From assembly GCA_001662655.1 (NCBI GenBank), contig KV460251.1: a stretch of DNA of 64,000 nt; one strand, 5' to 3'. The notes below the pieces were generated by a model. The model was given only the letters and a program-made list of their open reading frames with translations, was not told where the DNA came from and did no database searches. The stretch's first letter is position 1. Each line of letters opens with the position of its first letter. Origin of the DNA: Pseudogymnoascus verrucosus. Taxonomy: Eukaryota. A program made the translations under genes and the position numbers. Shown one piece after another: positions 1 through 14,293 of the stretch.

Positions 1-784
1 GGCAACGGTTCCCTTGTATGGGTAGACCTGGACGTCACCGAGGGACTTGTCGAAGTAGGTGGAGATAACGACGTTGACCGACTCGATGGTACGGGAGAAA
101 GACTGGTAAAGGTCCTCCTTCTCGATCTGGAGCTCGAGAAGAGCACGATCAACCTTGTTGATGATAACAACAGGCTTGATACGCTCACCAAGAGCTTGAC
201 GAAGGACGGTCTCGGTCTGGACGCAGACACCCTCAATGGTGTCGACGACGACGAGAGCACCATCGGTGACACGGAGAGCAGCGGTAACCTCAGAGGAGAA
301 ATCAACGTGACCGGGCGAATCGATCAAGTTGATCAAGAAATCACCACCGTCGGTCTTCTGGCCGATAATGTCCTTGAGGTCCTCAGGGTCGGTGAGCTTT
401 CCGTACAGGGAGATGGCAGTCGACTTGATGGTAATACCACGCTCCTGCTCATCAGCACGGGTATCAGTGGCTCGGGCCTCACCGGCCTTCGCCGAAGAGA
501 TAATACCGGCCTTGGACAGGAGGGAATCGGTAAGAGTGGACTTTCCGTGATCGACGTGAGCAATAACGGACATGTTACGCACGTTGGTCGGCTTGTCCAT
601 CAGCGCGCGGACCTCCTCGATAGTGAAGCTGTAGCGGGAGCTTGATTAGCAATGTGTTCACAGACGTCATAACAAAAATCCCAAAACTCCCAAAACTCCG
701 ATCAAGATGCAACCGAAGATGGAAAAACATCTCGACAAGCTCGAATTTTGTCGAGGGATTTTGTAGGAGAACTCACTTAACCAT
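1..784 (-). CDS. EFT2: Translation elongation factor 2 (eEF2), 5' part; continues beyond the window start
   Basis: ATG at 784. The 8-nt exon ATGGTTAA (777-784), intron 629-776 (GTGAGT...GCTAAT...CAG) and next exon give [38 protein letters not shown]...RGITIKST...[15 protein letters not shown]...INKVD, the eEF2 G-domain motifs. Confidence 0.98.
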
Positions 785-1669
785 GATGGCGGTTGAGCTT
801 CAAAAGCTGATTAATGGTGAATTTTTCTGGTGCCGAAGCGGGGTCGGATCTGAGACTCGAGGGACTTTCTGAGAGTCTCCTTGAGGTCTTTGTATTCTAT
901 CTTATACTGCCTTCGGTTTACCCTAAGCAGTGATGATAGAATGCGCAGAAGATGGCTTTGATGCTTCTGACGATAGACTTTGCGGTGAGAAAGGAAAGAG
1001 GAGGTCTTTTCAAATGGTAGGGTGGGAGAAGGTGAAGATATCTTTGGTTAGTGGGGCAGAGGGTTGTTTGTGCCGTCTAACCGGATATGGTTAGACTATC
1101 GCTGCCCACATGTCTTATCCCGATGTGAGTCGACGGAAGAGGTGCGGAAGTCACTAAGTCACTGTTTCCATAGCATCATACAGTGTCCGATGACGCCGAG
1201 AAGAATTGTTCGGCGTAGGAAATGTCAGGACACAGGTGATTTCTGTTATAAAAAAGGCTATCCAATATCAAAACTATTGTCTACACGCCGAAGTATTGTA
1301 TCTTGGACCCCGCCCCCTCCTGCCATCATACGAGCGAAGGGCGCTACGGCGAAGGAATCATCGGCCAAGCGGCGAGGGGCGGAGCTATGGTAAGGTAAGC
1401 TCACTCTACTCCCTACAGTACCAAGCTTGGACAAGAAACACGGCATCGCCACCACAGCCAATCACCGCCTCGATAATCAGCAGCTGGCATAGCATTGTGT
1501 AGCTCGTACATATAATTATATTCTGTATTATGAGGCTCGTCCTGAGCCAGCACTGATAAAAAGCGCTTCATACCTGCCAACGCCGCCGCTAAGACTCCTA
1601 AAAATGCAATGCCACTTCATACCATACATGATAACCTCAAACAGGCTATGAACAATCATACTATACACC

Positions 1670-4600
1670 TTACGAGGACCCCAGTATCTTTGAATACGCA
1701 TCCTCTACCTCACCCGCCAGCTCCAGCAGAGTCACAATCAGAATCTGATGTGTCAGATTCGGCAACCGGTCTCTCTGTAGCCCAATCCACTCCAATGGCG
1801 GGGTGGCCTCACCCATCTCTCTCAACTGTGGTGTCTCAATGATTGGAGGTTCAAGAGCGACATACTCATACTTTGACTGTGGTACCGTGACCTCCGCTGT
1901 GATCTTCTGTTGTTCGCCTGTTGCCCGTTCTTTGCCGTCCTCGTCAGCCTCCGGCACCCCAGTAATCTTGACAGCTGATATCGGCAGAGGCTTGCCAAGA
2001 CGCTGAGCGAGTGATTTCGCATGATTGCCATACATGCCGCGGATGTAACTGATTCGAGAATAGTTCCAGCCAACCTCGACCTTGCCCTCGAATGATGATT
2101 TGAAGATGTAGTCAATCTGGTTTGAGCCTGCCGATTGCCAGGTCTCCATTGTAGCTTCCACCCTTGGCACCTTGAGGATCGTGCCACCTCTAGAGCCGGT
2201 GGCGCTGCTGACAACTTCTTCCACAGATAGGTCGCCGGTGCTCTTGGGTTGCCCGGGTGATTTGACTCCTGCCAGACCGATACGGAGCTGACCTAGGGTA
2301 AGACCGAGCCTACTGTGTACTATTCCAACTGGAACCGTAACTGCAAACCTGAACTCTGCATTGAGCGCTTCGATCTTGAATATTTGAGCGTCGAAAAACG
2401 TGCTAGGATAGGCGCCCATGTTAACTTCTTTTAATGTCACAACTACATCTGTATGCAATGTGATAGGTGCCTTTGCTAGTTCTTCTTGCGGAGGCGGAGC
2501 GGCTTCAGCGATTTCAGGAGCGGGATATGTCGATGGCCTCCGTCTAATAAAACGCTCTATCTCTCGCAACGAGGACTCGTAATTTGCCTTCTTTTCCTGC
2601 ATCAACTTCTCAAGTGCTTGATAAAGTGCTAGTGCCTGAGAAGCACTTGTCGTGGTACAGAATATCTGAACAGAATCGCCGTCGAGCATTGAAACAAGTC
2701 TGTCACCCGCCGCGCTGGGCCCATTGCGGACATTGTGCAGCATTAATTGGATGGAGGTGATGTCCGCTACCAAAAATGCCTGGTAGTCAAAGGCAACTTT
2801 CAGACGGAAGTGACTGAAAGATATAGCACCCTGGACTAGCGGTGTCTGATTCAACGCCTTTTCTCGCTCGGGCCATTGAATCGATGTTCGGATTCGGAAA
2901 TTTTGTAGAGATGTAAAGCCGCTCATCCTGCCAGTGCTGTCGATACCGACCTTTTCGAACCCAAGACATAGATTTTGCTCCCAGTCGGAAGTTTTCCTTG
3001 AAGAAATCCAGAAATCTGATATCACAAATGTGGATTTTCCAATAGCTTGGCCAAGGTCCAACTGGACGTCGAGTTCTGCAATTGAGATAGTTGCGTTCCA
3101 GGGAAACGCCGCTGTTGCTGCGACTTGCTGATAACGCTGGACAAGATATGTCTGGGCTTGTGATGTTCTTTCCTGTTGAGGTACGGGTGTGGGTGCAGGC
3201 CCGTTGCCTAAATCGTTCGGTATCCATATATCACGGAACAAGAGGAAATCCTGTATCTGCTTGGCGTTTACGAGGACCTTCATGGGACTGACTTTCAATA
3301 TGGCCGAGAGCCCACTAGTGCCACTGACATGCTTGCTATTCATCAACGATAAGACAATCGAGTCGACATCAAAACTGCCGGTAGACTCTCGTGAATATAC
3401 ATGCTGAACCGAGGCCTGAAGGTTGTTTATGGAGGCAGACAAGGCGAAGAAATGACCATGATCCACGGAGCGTACCGTGTTCATGGTGATGTAAATGTCG
3501 TCTAGCCTTGCTGTTGCAGCCACTCTCGCAATCGGTTGGCAGCTGAGGCCGAATTCCTGGGCACAGATACGTATTCCTAAGTTCAACCTTGTTCGTCCTA
3601 ATACCGCGCTCGGATCTACTGTAAGGATATTATCGTCGGCCACGCTCATTAGCTTTTGTGACGTGGGGGTTTCTCTCCCTTCTGGCTCGTTATTGTTGCT
3701 CATAACGGCTTGGACGTTTGACGAGATTTCCATTATGAGCGGGACCACCTGTGGATACAATATATTCTTGGACGCATTGACTTTGACTTCGGCGTTCAGT
3801 GATGGATCATCGAGACCGTTGTCCTTGTATTCAACTTTGATCGCCAGGCCTGGGGAACGTAGCATTGTTGAACCAGTCGCTTCATCTTGCGCGAATTGGC
3901 CATATCTTCCACCTTGAGGCGCTCTACTACGCTTGTCTGGAAGCGAAGACATTGCGCTGTCCGTCGTTTTCATCCCTTGGAGATGAACAACAGCGCCTGC
4001 AAAGTCCGCATCAACCAATAACGACTCCAGTTTCTTCTTCCCAAAGAAAATGTTCTTCGCCGTGACACTGGGCTTCTCTGAGGCAGGACTCGTTATCCAG
4101 GACGCCGACGCCGAGCGAGCCTTTTCCGCTGCGCTCACGATAGATTTTTGGATATGCGATCCAGGGGTAATGAATTGGGACGTGAGTCGCAGATCTAACG
4201 ATTTCCCGGCAGCTTGGAACGCAAGACGGGTAGCATCTGCTGTTGACACTAATCCTATGTTGAAAACAACTTCAGGCAAAAGAGCTGAATTTTGAGACCG
4301 CAAATTCTTGGCTTGATCTGGAGGGACCATCTGGAGCATTAAGTTCTCAATGCTAAGGCGCGCGGACTTCTTCTTCCTTGTTGATAAGCCGATTCGCTGT
4401 AGAGACAGGACCAGGTTCTCCATACCCTCTGTCTGATCTACATATGGCGAAGTAACAATCCAGCTAATCTGCCAATTGGAGAGTTCCAGTGAAAACATGG
4501 CATCGAACAAATTCAATGATGTTGCTGCACTCTCAGGGGTGCCCACGTCTTCCTCGATGGTAATTCGGGGATTGCGAAATCTCTGAAAGTAATGCACCTC

Positions 4601-7600
4601 GCGCGGCAGTTCCAACTCCTTGATTTTAGTCTGCAGATGGCCAACAACATTCACTATCGTTGAGACTGTATCGGCAAATAGGTTGATCTCCAAGCTGTCA
4701 CTTGTCAAGTGATACGAGCGGACCTGCCCCCGGTCTTCGGTTTCCTTTGAACCGGCGGTGAATTTAGCCGCAAATGCAAAGTTTCCGCAGCTATCTCCTT
4801 CACCTGTATTGGCAATAGAGGTCAGATTAGCTACCACTCTGCGGAGGTTCAGCTGAAGCTCGGGAAATTCTAATACGGGCCCAGCCATAGCAACGCGGTT
4901 ATGTGCTTCAACTTGTACAATTCCGAGGTTAAAGGTCAAGCGTGCTTTGCTATCGTTATTGTTGCCATTTGGTGCGTCGGTAAACACCTCCAAGCCTGCC
5001 AATGACAGATGGGCGTCGTATATGAAAGGCTTGGGAGTATCTTCCACGATTTCTTGCTTAATCGGCACCTTGCCTGGATTTGTGCTCTCTGGTATGTGGC
5101 CCTTAAGGGTTCGGAAGCCTTCGCGCGCTTCATCCATCAGATTGGTCATTTCAGGTCTGTTGAGAGCTGCAATAACATTCTGGATCTTGGCTGCGTCGAG
5201 GAATATAGGCTCGACTGAAACGAACACTGAAAATTTATGTTCATTCTCGTTTATCCGTGCTATAACGCGACCATTTGTTTGAGGGAGCTCCAGCACCGAA
5301 ATTGTTTGGGATTTTCCTGTTGTTTGAGTCCGGATATCGTGCGAGTTTTCTTTGATGTCAAAGTCGAAAACAAACTCCTCGCCCTGCCTTGCTGCCAAGG
5401 ATGCTCTGGCAACGATGCCGGCAATATCATAACGAACTGAGTTCAGTAAAGGGATGCTAATATGGTACTCATCGAGAAACAAAGCAATGTTTATCTTGTT
5501 AATAGCAGTGGAACTGGCCACAGGGCTTTTAACTGGCCGTTGTACCGGTTTCTTGGGCAAACTTCGCAAAATTTGACTTATTTGGTGTACTTCGTCTCCT
5601 AGTATACGGTCTACGACCTGTAGGAGAGCAACGGGGTCTTGTTTGACAACGAATGATAATTCTTGCGAGTTACCGGCAACCTTCCAAGCGTTTTCTTTGA
5701 CTTTGCCCACAACACGACTCTCTCGCGAGATGTTAAGTGTTGGAGCGAGAAATTGATGTATGGCGAGATCTTGGTGATGGCTTCGGAATTTTGACGTTGC
5801 CGCGTCAGCAGTGATTAAGGCAGTAGCAATATTCCTACCATCACATATCCCATCTGCAATCATTAATGATATTTTGAGACCTGTACTAAGCGACCTTGCT
5901 CGAATGTTGATGGTGTCAAGTGTAACGGATCCATTATCGGAGGCAAAAATAATATGCAGTGGTTGCTTGGGTTTATCTATTTGGGTCGCAGTTGGAGGTT
6001 TTATAGCTGGCGCTGGTTGTCCTGATGCTGGACTAGCCTCTGGTTCATTGTACAGTTTGGCGGTAACTTCAATAAGCTCACATAGCTCCCAGTTTAAAGT
6101 TATTGATGATTCCATGCAATAGATCTGCACGATAGTGCAGGTATCTTGTGGAGGGTTGGCTTGATCCGGTGAATCAGCTGCGTGTGGTTGGTTTATAGAG
6201 GCATTTGCAGCCAAAGTGGCGAGAACAATCTCGTTCTGCTTTGGCCCTGGATCTAAAACAAAGCTGGTTCGAGTTATAGAGGCCCCGAACTGTACTGGTT
6301 TCTGAATTTGAGGGGACGTAGTGTCATCTCTTATGAGCGATCCAAATATCTTCGTCATAAGAACACATTCAGTCAGATTTTCTAGATCCCAGCTTCGCCA
6401 TTTCTCGAAACCGGCTTGAACTTGCTCGCGGATATTTTCAGGGTAGGAGGCCGAGTCGCGTTCTGAAAGAAGCCTTTCTATCCTCTGTTTCTCATCGTGC
6501 CCGAGGGACGAATATACATGACGGAGGCGGGTTATTAATTTCCAAGAGTCGGTTGTCCTGAGATGGCCCACAGCAGATCGTAATACATACGATGGCCTTG
6601 TCATAAACAAAGGGTCGCCTGTTCGCTGACCATGGGTGGATAGGAGGAATACAGCGTGCCTTATTCGATTAGTTTGCCACCTGGCCAAGCTGGCGAAACC
6701 TTCGCCAGCTTCAGCGGCCATGTGGGTAGTTCGATGTAGTAGCGACGCTAGGTACTTCACTTTAGAGCTTGCCATCTCCACATCAACAGCTTTAATCTTG
6801 AGGTGTCCTGATATAATTTTATCAGATGCCATCCAGAATGAGATATCCTCGACGCGGCCATTGATTGCTGCTTGGGCATCAGCCCTGCCATGGCTCCTTT
6901 CCTTGGCAGAGACCTCTGCCGATAGCACACGCACACGAACTGCGGACGCCTCATCTGATTTAGATCTGTCGACATTCTCTTTTGCAGCTGACCTTTGGCG
7001 AGCTATCACTGACATGCCTCGAGCGGAGAAATCATACTGGTCGAGGGGCTGATCAGAACGTAGGTGAGACTCAGACACCACCGTATTGGCAAATCGAAGT
7101 CGAATGATAGGAAGGACGATATTAACGTCCGTATTTTTACCCGCCACCACTATCTGCTTTTTTGCCGCAAAGATATCTGTTATAGACTCGACTTGAACAG
7201 AATCAATAATATCTTCCGCAGAAGTAGGTTGCAGTGCTTCCATAAGACTTGTAACTGCCTTTATCGCTTGGGGGTTCGAGACAGCTCTGATACCCTGCTT
7301 GAACTCAACAATGAAACTCGTGTGTTCAGTATTGTCATCGAATATCTTATCAGTTGGTTTCATTTCGGCACTGGGGGGTGGAGCTTGGTCCAGGTCATGT
7401 TCGTTAAGCTCCGGAAGATTGCCCATATCTGGTTCAACGTCATCGAGGGGAAAATATGGTGACATGAACGGGCTTGAAAAAATAACGCTGGATGAAGCGC
7501 GTGCCCGCAAATCGTTGTGATCAACTGCGCTGTAAAAGGAAGGCTGGCGTCCAGTAGATGCTGCTGAGGCATCGCGTGGTAGTGGCGTTAAGCGGAGGTT

Positions 7601-10600
7601 GTCACCAAGTTGGCGGCTCCTCGATGGCGAACCCGATGAATTATATTGAACCTTAGGCTCGGAGAGACTACTGTGAGTCCGAATAATGCTTTTTTGGCTA
7701 GATCGTTCGGAACTCGTTAGCGACAGGAAAGAGCTTTTCCGACGAAGATATTGCTTTGAGTGTAGTGATGATGCGATGCTCGAGGAGCTACGGTCGGAAT
7801 GGTAGACATTGCTCTCGTTGATAGGTAGTGGAACCGGAGGGAAGCACATAGCGGGAGCGTCGACTTGTATTGGGGGCGGCCTAAATGGGTCATCGACAAG
7901 AAGAAATTGCGTTCTTTGTGTCCTTGAGTCCTCGTGCCTAATATGTGCTTGTTGCAATCGCTTGTCGTCATCGAATCCGGCCTTTCTATTCACCATGGTA
8001 AGCTCAATTGTTGTTGTGATATATGCATGCGTTTCCACCGGATGGTTTGCTCTCGACCTATGACGCGACGCAGAATCGGCATCTACGCAGCCCAGGGCTA
8101 GATCCGGAATAGTAACCTTTAGTTTCTTCGAATAAAGTAGCCCTGCTAAATCGTTGAAGCTTACGCGCAAAGGTCCTGTTGAAAGCAGAAAGGCAACATC
8201 ATCAACATGCGCCCAAATATGAACATGTTCCACGGACGCCCTGAGGAACGTCGCGTCATGCAAGACTTCAGGGGTAACAGGAGGCAGCGCGTTTTCGTCG
8301 TCATCAAACGAGAACGCAAATGCCTTCACAGCCGCAGACAATTTCATGAGAAATTCTGCCGTCGTCTCTCCTCGTACTGACCCAACTGTAAAATCCCAAT
8401 TGCAGAGATATGTGGGCTCGGTGGGCGGCAGGCCGAAGAGACGGTTTCCAAATATCTCCACCCCGTCAACGAAAATCTGAGAGCCAGTGATAGAAGTCAT
8501 TGGAGTTGACAAGCCTTCTTGCATCCCCAGCGAGAACACTAAAGGGCTGAGGCTGACATTTAGGTCCATATAATAATTTGTGAACCGCAAATCTGCGGAT
8601 AGACTTGCTATCTCAACTCGTACGTGATCCTTTGCTGAATACAAGTTGGCCGGCAGGAGGGCACCAGTAGTTTTGCAGCCAATGCTTATGATGACATCCA
8701 GATCATTACTCTTCTTAGATGGAGGTTTGTTGAGGAGAGCTTCCGTATCTGGGTCTTTAGCATTTATAATTTGCTGGTACTCCTCCAACGTCCTGAAATG
8801 AATGTCTTCCCCAAAATAGTTGTCTTTGATCTTCATAAAATAGCGTATGAGGAATCCGTAGAGCTGTACTTCCAGGTTGCGGCCAGAAACATCTACCAGT
8901 AGTGTGTCCGTGTTGCTTGGCGACGTAGTATCACAGTATTGGTATTTTCCCTTGATCGTAACTCCTTCCACCTGTGCAAGTTCATTCGAGGGCATGAAGG
9001 TAGCTTGGGTGTTCCATGGTGGCACATGGAGAAGAAGGTTTGCTTTATCAATCGCCAGATCAAAAGGAACATTATTCCTATGAGGTCGATACTTGTCAAG
9101 TGGTACGCAAAGGTCTGCTACCAACCCCGTCCCGTCTAGTATTAGAAAAGAGTTGTCGTCAAAGTCTGAGGGATTGTTGATTATATTTGAGTCATTGACG
9201 TTAAGGCAAAGCTTGAAGTCGCCAAATTGGAGTTTCAGGAAATAGTGAAAGGGCGTAAAAGTGAGATAATCAGGTTGTGGGCCAGACGTCCAGTCATCTA
9301 TTAGATCAATGAACAAGAAGATATGTTCTCTCAATATGAATAATTCCATTCCGTTGCTGACAAAATCGAATTTCCAGGTGTGAAAGGCATTCCAGCCGAG
9401 AGGGTTTGACAGATTGCACGACAATCTCTGGTTGAGAGATCGACACAGAATTCCATGGTTGACACTTGTTGTGATTTCTAAGTTTGGAAACTCCACATCC
9501 AAGGTATTAGAGAACCCGGAAGCTCCAGCTACCATGTCCATATTATAATGAATGGTGGCACTCTTGCAGATCTTCAGGTCTAGCCAGCCAAATGGGCGTA
9601 TCTCTGGGCCTGCAGTACCCCCTTTTGCTTTCTGTTTCCGCGAGGTCTTGCTGCTGCGTTTATTCTGCTCTTGCATTTGGGATGTCATGGTATCTGCTTG
9701 CGACTTCCATTTCCAGTTCTTCGACTCCTCGCGAATAGGAACACGGAGAGTTGTATCATCATCTAACTGGATGTAGATTTTGAGATTTGAAGCCACCCTT
9801 GTGTCTCCAGGCTTCAAATTATCTGCCGGGGTTGCATCTTTGCACAAGCTGGGAAAGAATACCCTTTGTAAGTCTGCCCGTTGTCGATCCGCCCATGGAC
9901 CATAATTTACCAAAGCCCCTTTGATGATGACGTCTATGCCCCATTCAGGTGGTAGGTCTCCATTGATATCATTAGTTTGCCATGGCTGTGGCTTGGAAGA
10001 GCCCATTTCCACAGGGACTTTTCCAGGTATATCCCAATAATAGCTTACGCTGGCTTCAGGGCTGTCGAGAATGGTCGTTACAGTGGCGTATTCGAAAGAC
10101 GACCATTTCGCTTTACCGTCTTCTTCATCATTGAGGTAGCGCGAAAGACCTTGCCATTGATGTATATTCCCCTGTGCGTTTGAATCCGAGACCACAGGCT
10201 CGGTAGTTAAACTTGAGAATGTTTCCACAGAGCTACTAAAGTATGGTACAATGCTCTGGATTTTGTGCCATGCATTTCGCCGGTACCGGTGAAAGAAGCG
10301 AGACGGGTGGAGGACGCCATCACCAGTATCAGTGCGCTCCTTAATATCGTCTTTAGCTCGATTTGCCGTTGCAGTTTGGTCCTCGTTATAGTCCTCATTG
10401 GGCTTTAACTGAATCATAGGATGGCCAAGCTGTAGGTCGAAAACTTGCTTGTATAAATCTGGTCCGCGGCAAGCAGTAGCATTGATGTCAGCAGAAAATT
10501 TATCTGCTCTCGTGATAAACACACTCTTTGTGTTGTCATTCCCCATAACTATAGCCGCTTTGACGCAATCGATGTGCAGGGGGAGAAGATTTAGTATAAA

Positions 10601-11509
10601 ACTCTTTTCGATCTCCTGATTGTCCTGGCCATGGTATTCATTGCTATCATCAGAGTGTAGGCTGTCCGGGTTTCTGGAAGACTCTCTATTCGTATCTTTC
10701 TCCGTTAAGGGCGGGAGGCCCGAACTGTCGTCAGTCTCCAACGAATGTTTACTCAATATGTTTGCGAGGGCGCTAGGTTTGGGAAATCCACGTTTCTTCA
10801 ACCCCTCATCCTGCTCCTTCTCTGTCGGATCATCCACCAAGGTGCTCTCGTGCTTGGTCTCGTCTGACTTTGCGAGTCCAGCAACTATGGAGTCATATGC
10901 CGCACTCCGATTATAGATAAACCATTCCAATCCCTTGATTTCAACATTAAGGCGGCAAGGCAACGCCGACGTGCTGGCCTGCCTGCCGCTCTCTGTCGCA
11001 GATTGGTTGTCCTCATGGTTTTCATCATTTTTGGCAGAAGATCCGCTCGGTACGTTGTGAAGGCCCCTTCCGTGACAGAGATCCAGCTCCCTCACATTGC
11101 GGCGCCAATATTCCCAAGTAATAAATCCACTGTGTATGAGAATAGTCTCGTTGTTTCCATGGTACCTAAGTCCCTTGAAGAAAATGCGGCCACCCAGCAA
11201 CGAAATCTGCAGTGCCTGTATGTCCACATACACTCGATATTTGTGCCATGACCACGCCCGGATTCCATACGATACAAGTGTAGCGAAAAGTCTGTTGAAA
11301 TAGAAGAGGAAGAATAATGTGCTAGCGACAACGGTTAGCAATATCTCGAGGAGGAGGGATAATGTCCTTACAGTAATCCACAAACGATTAGCTCAACCAA
11401 GAACACCCTTGAAGCTGTCAGCCCATGAAATATCACGCTGCCATTGCATCTGCGCCTACCAGTTAAATGCTAGAATTGGGGTCAACGACACAGCTGTCAA
11501 GCCTGCCAT
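1670..11509 (-). CDS. CSF1: Csf1 bridge-like lipid transfer protein (BLTP1/Tweek family), ~3250 aa
   Basis: 3237-aa ORF with an N-terminal TM segment followed by FYFNRLFATLVSY...LQISLLGGRIFFK, plus YGPWADRQR and C-terminal PQLREMGEATPPLEWIGL. Exon 1 is 11460-11509 (MAGLTAVSLTPILAFNW); intron 11367-11459 (GTAGGC...GCTAAT...AAG). Confidence 0.92.
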
Positions 11510-11978
11510 CTTTATCGTCTCCCGCAAGGCCTCCGTCGGCTCTTCTCATGACCATGGGCCGGATACTGTTGTCCGCTATAACATCTCTTAGACAAGGCGA
11601 AAGCTACCGTCACCTCAAAAGACGCGTATTGTCCAGAAGCATAACGGTGGGTTGTTTTATTTGGAATTCATGAATTGGGAAGCTATGCTAGCTCATTGGG
11701 GTGTTATCCACTCAGGTCAACATTTAGCATGTGGATTCTGCCACCGCCTTCAGATACCAAGAAGCTGATTGTGACAGGGGGGTTGCCAGGCGTACGACAT
11801 CTTCCACGCAATCTCTTGAGGATGTTCGACATGAAATATAACGACAGAATTTGAGCGACGACTGAATAATCGCGTGTATCTACAAAATAACATGCCTCCG
11901 AACTGAATTGCTTGCGTTGGATGTCCTTAGGCTACTCAAGGGCATCAGAAAGCGTCATTATCCCAAGTCCCCGCAGCA

Positions 11979-14293
11979 ATGGCCGACAATATGTCCCATG
12001 GCACGCATAATAGCAAACACTCTGGCGGGACGGGACAAAAGCTGGCAAATGGCCTTGTCATTGTCGCGGGCGTCGCCTCTCTTGTCGCGACGTTGATTTC
12101 TATCGTGTAAGCTTTCAAACAATTGCTTTCAGAGCTCAAGTTACTGACTAGGCTCCCACAGGTCCATATGGCTCCAAACGTATGAGCACGCGCCTTACCA
12201 CGTGAAGAGGCACACATATTGACGAACTGCCTCACAGAAAGAACTATCGAAAGCCCCTTCTTCAGAGATATGTGGTTAGGATTTTGCTTATGTAGGTTTT
12301 ATGAGCTTCCATTGGATTTCGCAGCCTAACAACATCAGGGTGCCCATATACTCCATATCGTCTTGGTTAAGCTTAGTATCCCTGAAGGCAGCCTTCTGGG
12401 TAGATCCCATTCGAGATGTTTACGAGGTAAGATCAAGCTTCCGATCCGAATGTTGAGAGAAAGCTTCTAATTCTGGGTAGGCGTTCACTATATATACATT
12501 CCTCCAGCTTCTTATCAACTTCATCGGAGGCGAACGAGCTCTAATCATCATGATGCATGGTCGCGAACCTGTGCATCACTTGTGGCCCATGAACCACTTC
12601 CTATCGAAAGTCGACATCTCCGATCCCCATAGCTTCCTCGCCATAAAACGCGGCATCCTGCAGTACGCGTGGTTAAAGCCTGTTCTGGGCCTGGCATCCA
12701 TTATAATGAAAGCGACAGGGGTATACCAGGAAGGGTATCTGGGATTGACATCTGGATATATGTGGAGTGGGATTGCATATAATATCAGTGTTACAGTCAG
12801 CTTATACTCCCTTGGGATGTTCTGGGTCATTATGGCAAAGGACTTGCAGCCATTCAGGCCAATGCCGAAGTTTTTAAACATAAAACTTATTATCTTTGCC
12901 TCGTATTGGCAAGGGTTTGGACTGTCGATATTGGTGTGGCTTGGCGTCATACCAGACGATGTGCAAGGCTACACTCCAGACAATATTGCCGCAGCTATTC
13001 AAGATGCACTCATTTGTTTGGAAATGCCCGCATTCGCCATTGGCCACTGGTATGCCTTCTCGTGGCATGACTACGCCGATGCTAGTATATCAGCAGCGCG
13101 TTTGCCAGTCAAGTATGCCCTCAGGGACGCTTTCGGTATCCGAGATCTTATTGAGGATACCAAGGAGACTTTCAGCGGGAAGAAGTACGAGTATCGTTTA
13201 TTCGACTCCGGCGACAACATAATAGCTCACGAAGAGTCCAGCTCTCGAGTTGCAAGAATGATGGAGGGCATGCGATACGAGCGCGGTGGTAAGGGTAAAT
13301 ATTGGATTCCCAGGCCGGGAGAAGCCAACGCCCGAACTCCATTGCTTGCCGCGAATGGAGGGCCAAGTACTGGACGCACATCAAGCACTGGTCTCCCAGA
13401 AGAAGCGACATCTTACATAGGGAACCCCAACGATGGAACTGTCAACTCTGATGGCCTAGATGCTGACGAGGAGGAGCTTTATGCAAAAGCGAGGAAGCTA
13501 GAGTTTGGTGACTGGAATTATCCAGTAATCACAGCACATACAGCCAAAAAACGCAGCTGGATGACGGAAGAACCAGACCTGCTGACAACATCTGCGAATC
13601 GGCACTTGATCCAACCAACAAGGAGTCATGAAGTTAAACGCAAGAAGAACGTCAAGAAAACCGTGCAAAAGGTCCAGTCCCAGACCCAAAGGTCTGAGAG
13701 CGAAGGATCCCATGGCAAAGGGAAGGGTAAGGATAGTACTGGAGAAGAAGGCCGCGCTCCTTTGCTGAAGGGCATGCTTCGGCACCATTCGTCAGAATCA
13801 AGTTCGGCCAAGTTAGACAGGAGCCAACTCGTGGATCTTGTCGTTGAGGACACCAACGCAGAGGAGATTGAGAGAGTGCGCGCAAGAAAAGAAGGTAGCG
13901 CAGGCTGGAACGCCGTCGAGCCAAAGCGCTTCGTGTAAGTGCCAAATCCCATTCCAAATATACACTTACTAACGCCCTCACAGTCGCACGTACGGAAACG
14001 AAGGCGAAGAAGTTCGCGAAGGCTTCGAGCCCGAGGACGGTTCTCCGGTCATTGATCCCAAGAAGGGTGACGATGAGAACACGAGCCGAAATGATAGATT
14101 CGCTATTGGTGAGGATAACTCAGAGAGTCCTGGCGCACACGAGTCGCGCGAGTGGCAAGAGAACAACGAGTGGCAGGAGAACAGGGAGGAGGTTACGCCG
14201 ATACTGAGCCCGAAATATGGACTTCCGGGTGAGGATTTGGAGAATGTTTGGAGTGGTGAAAGCCCAAGTGGCCCGGCGAAGGAGAATCCTTGA
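11979..14293 (+). CDS. TMEM184/OST-alpha family membrane protein (Hfl1-like)
   Basis: Spliced from ATG 11979 (MADNMSHG...LVIVAGVASLVATLISI) through four short introns (KNYRKPLLQRYVVRILLM, VPIYSISSW, RDVYEAFTIY) into ORF 12550-13934 (KRGILQY, PKFLNIKLIIFASYWQG, ICLEM). Last intron 13935-13983; TGA at 14291-14293. Confidence 0.9.

Noticed and set aside
196..645. 149-aa plus-strand ORF ([12 protein letters not shown]...)
   Set aside because: Antisense shadow of the codon-biased EF-2 CDS; starts at TTG with no independent support.
930..970. GTGATGA...CTGA resembling a C/D box snoRNA
   Set aside because: Boxes only ~40 nt apart, antisense to the EF-2 leader, no further D box or recognisable guide.
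1064..1502. Short overlapping ORFs between EF-2 and CSF1
   Set aside because: Non-ATG or weak starts, no recognisable motifs; region is EF-2 promoter and CSF1 3' flank.
11381..11383. TTG start for CSF1 given by the ORF track
   Set aside because: Lies within intron 11367-11459; a spliced ATG exon at 11460-11509 gives a sensible N-terminus.
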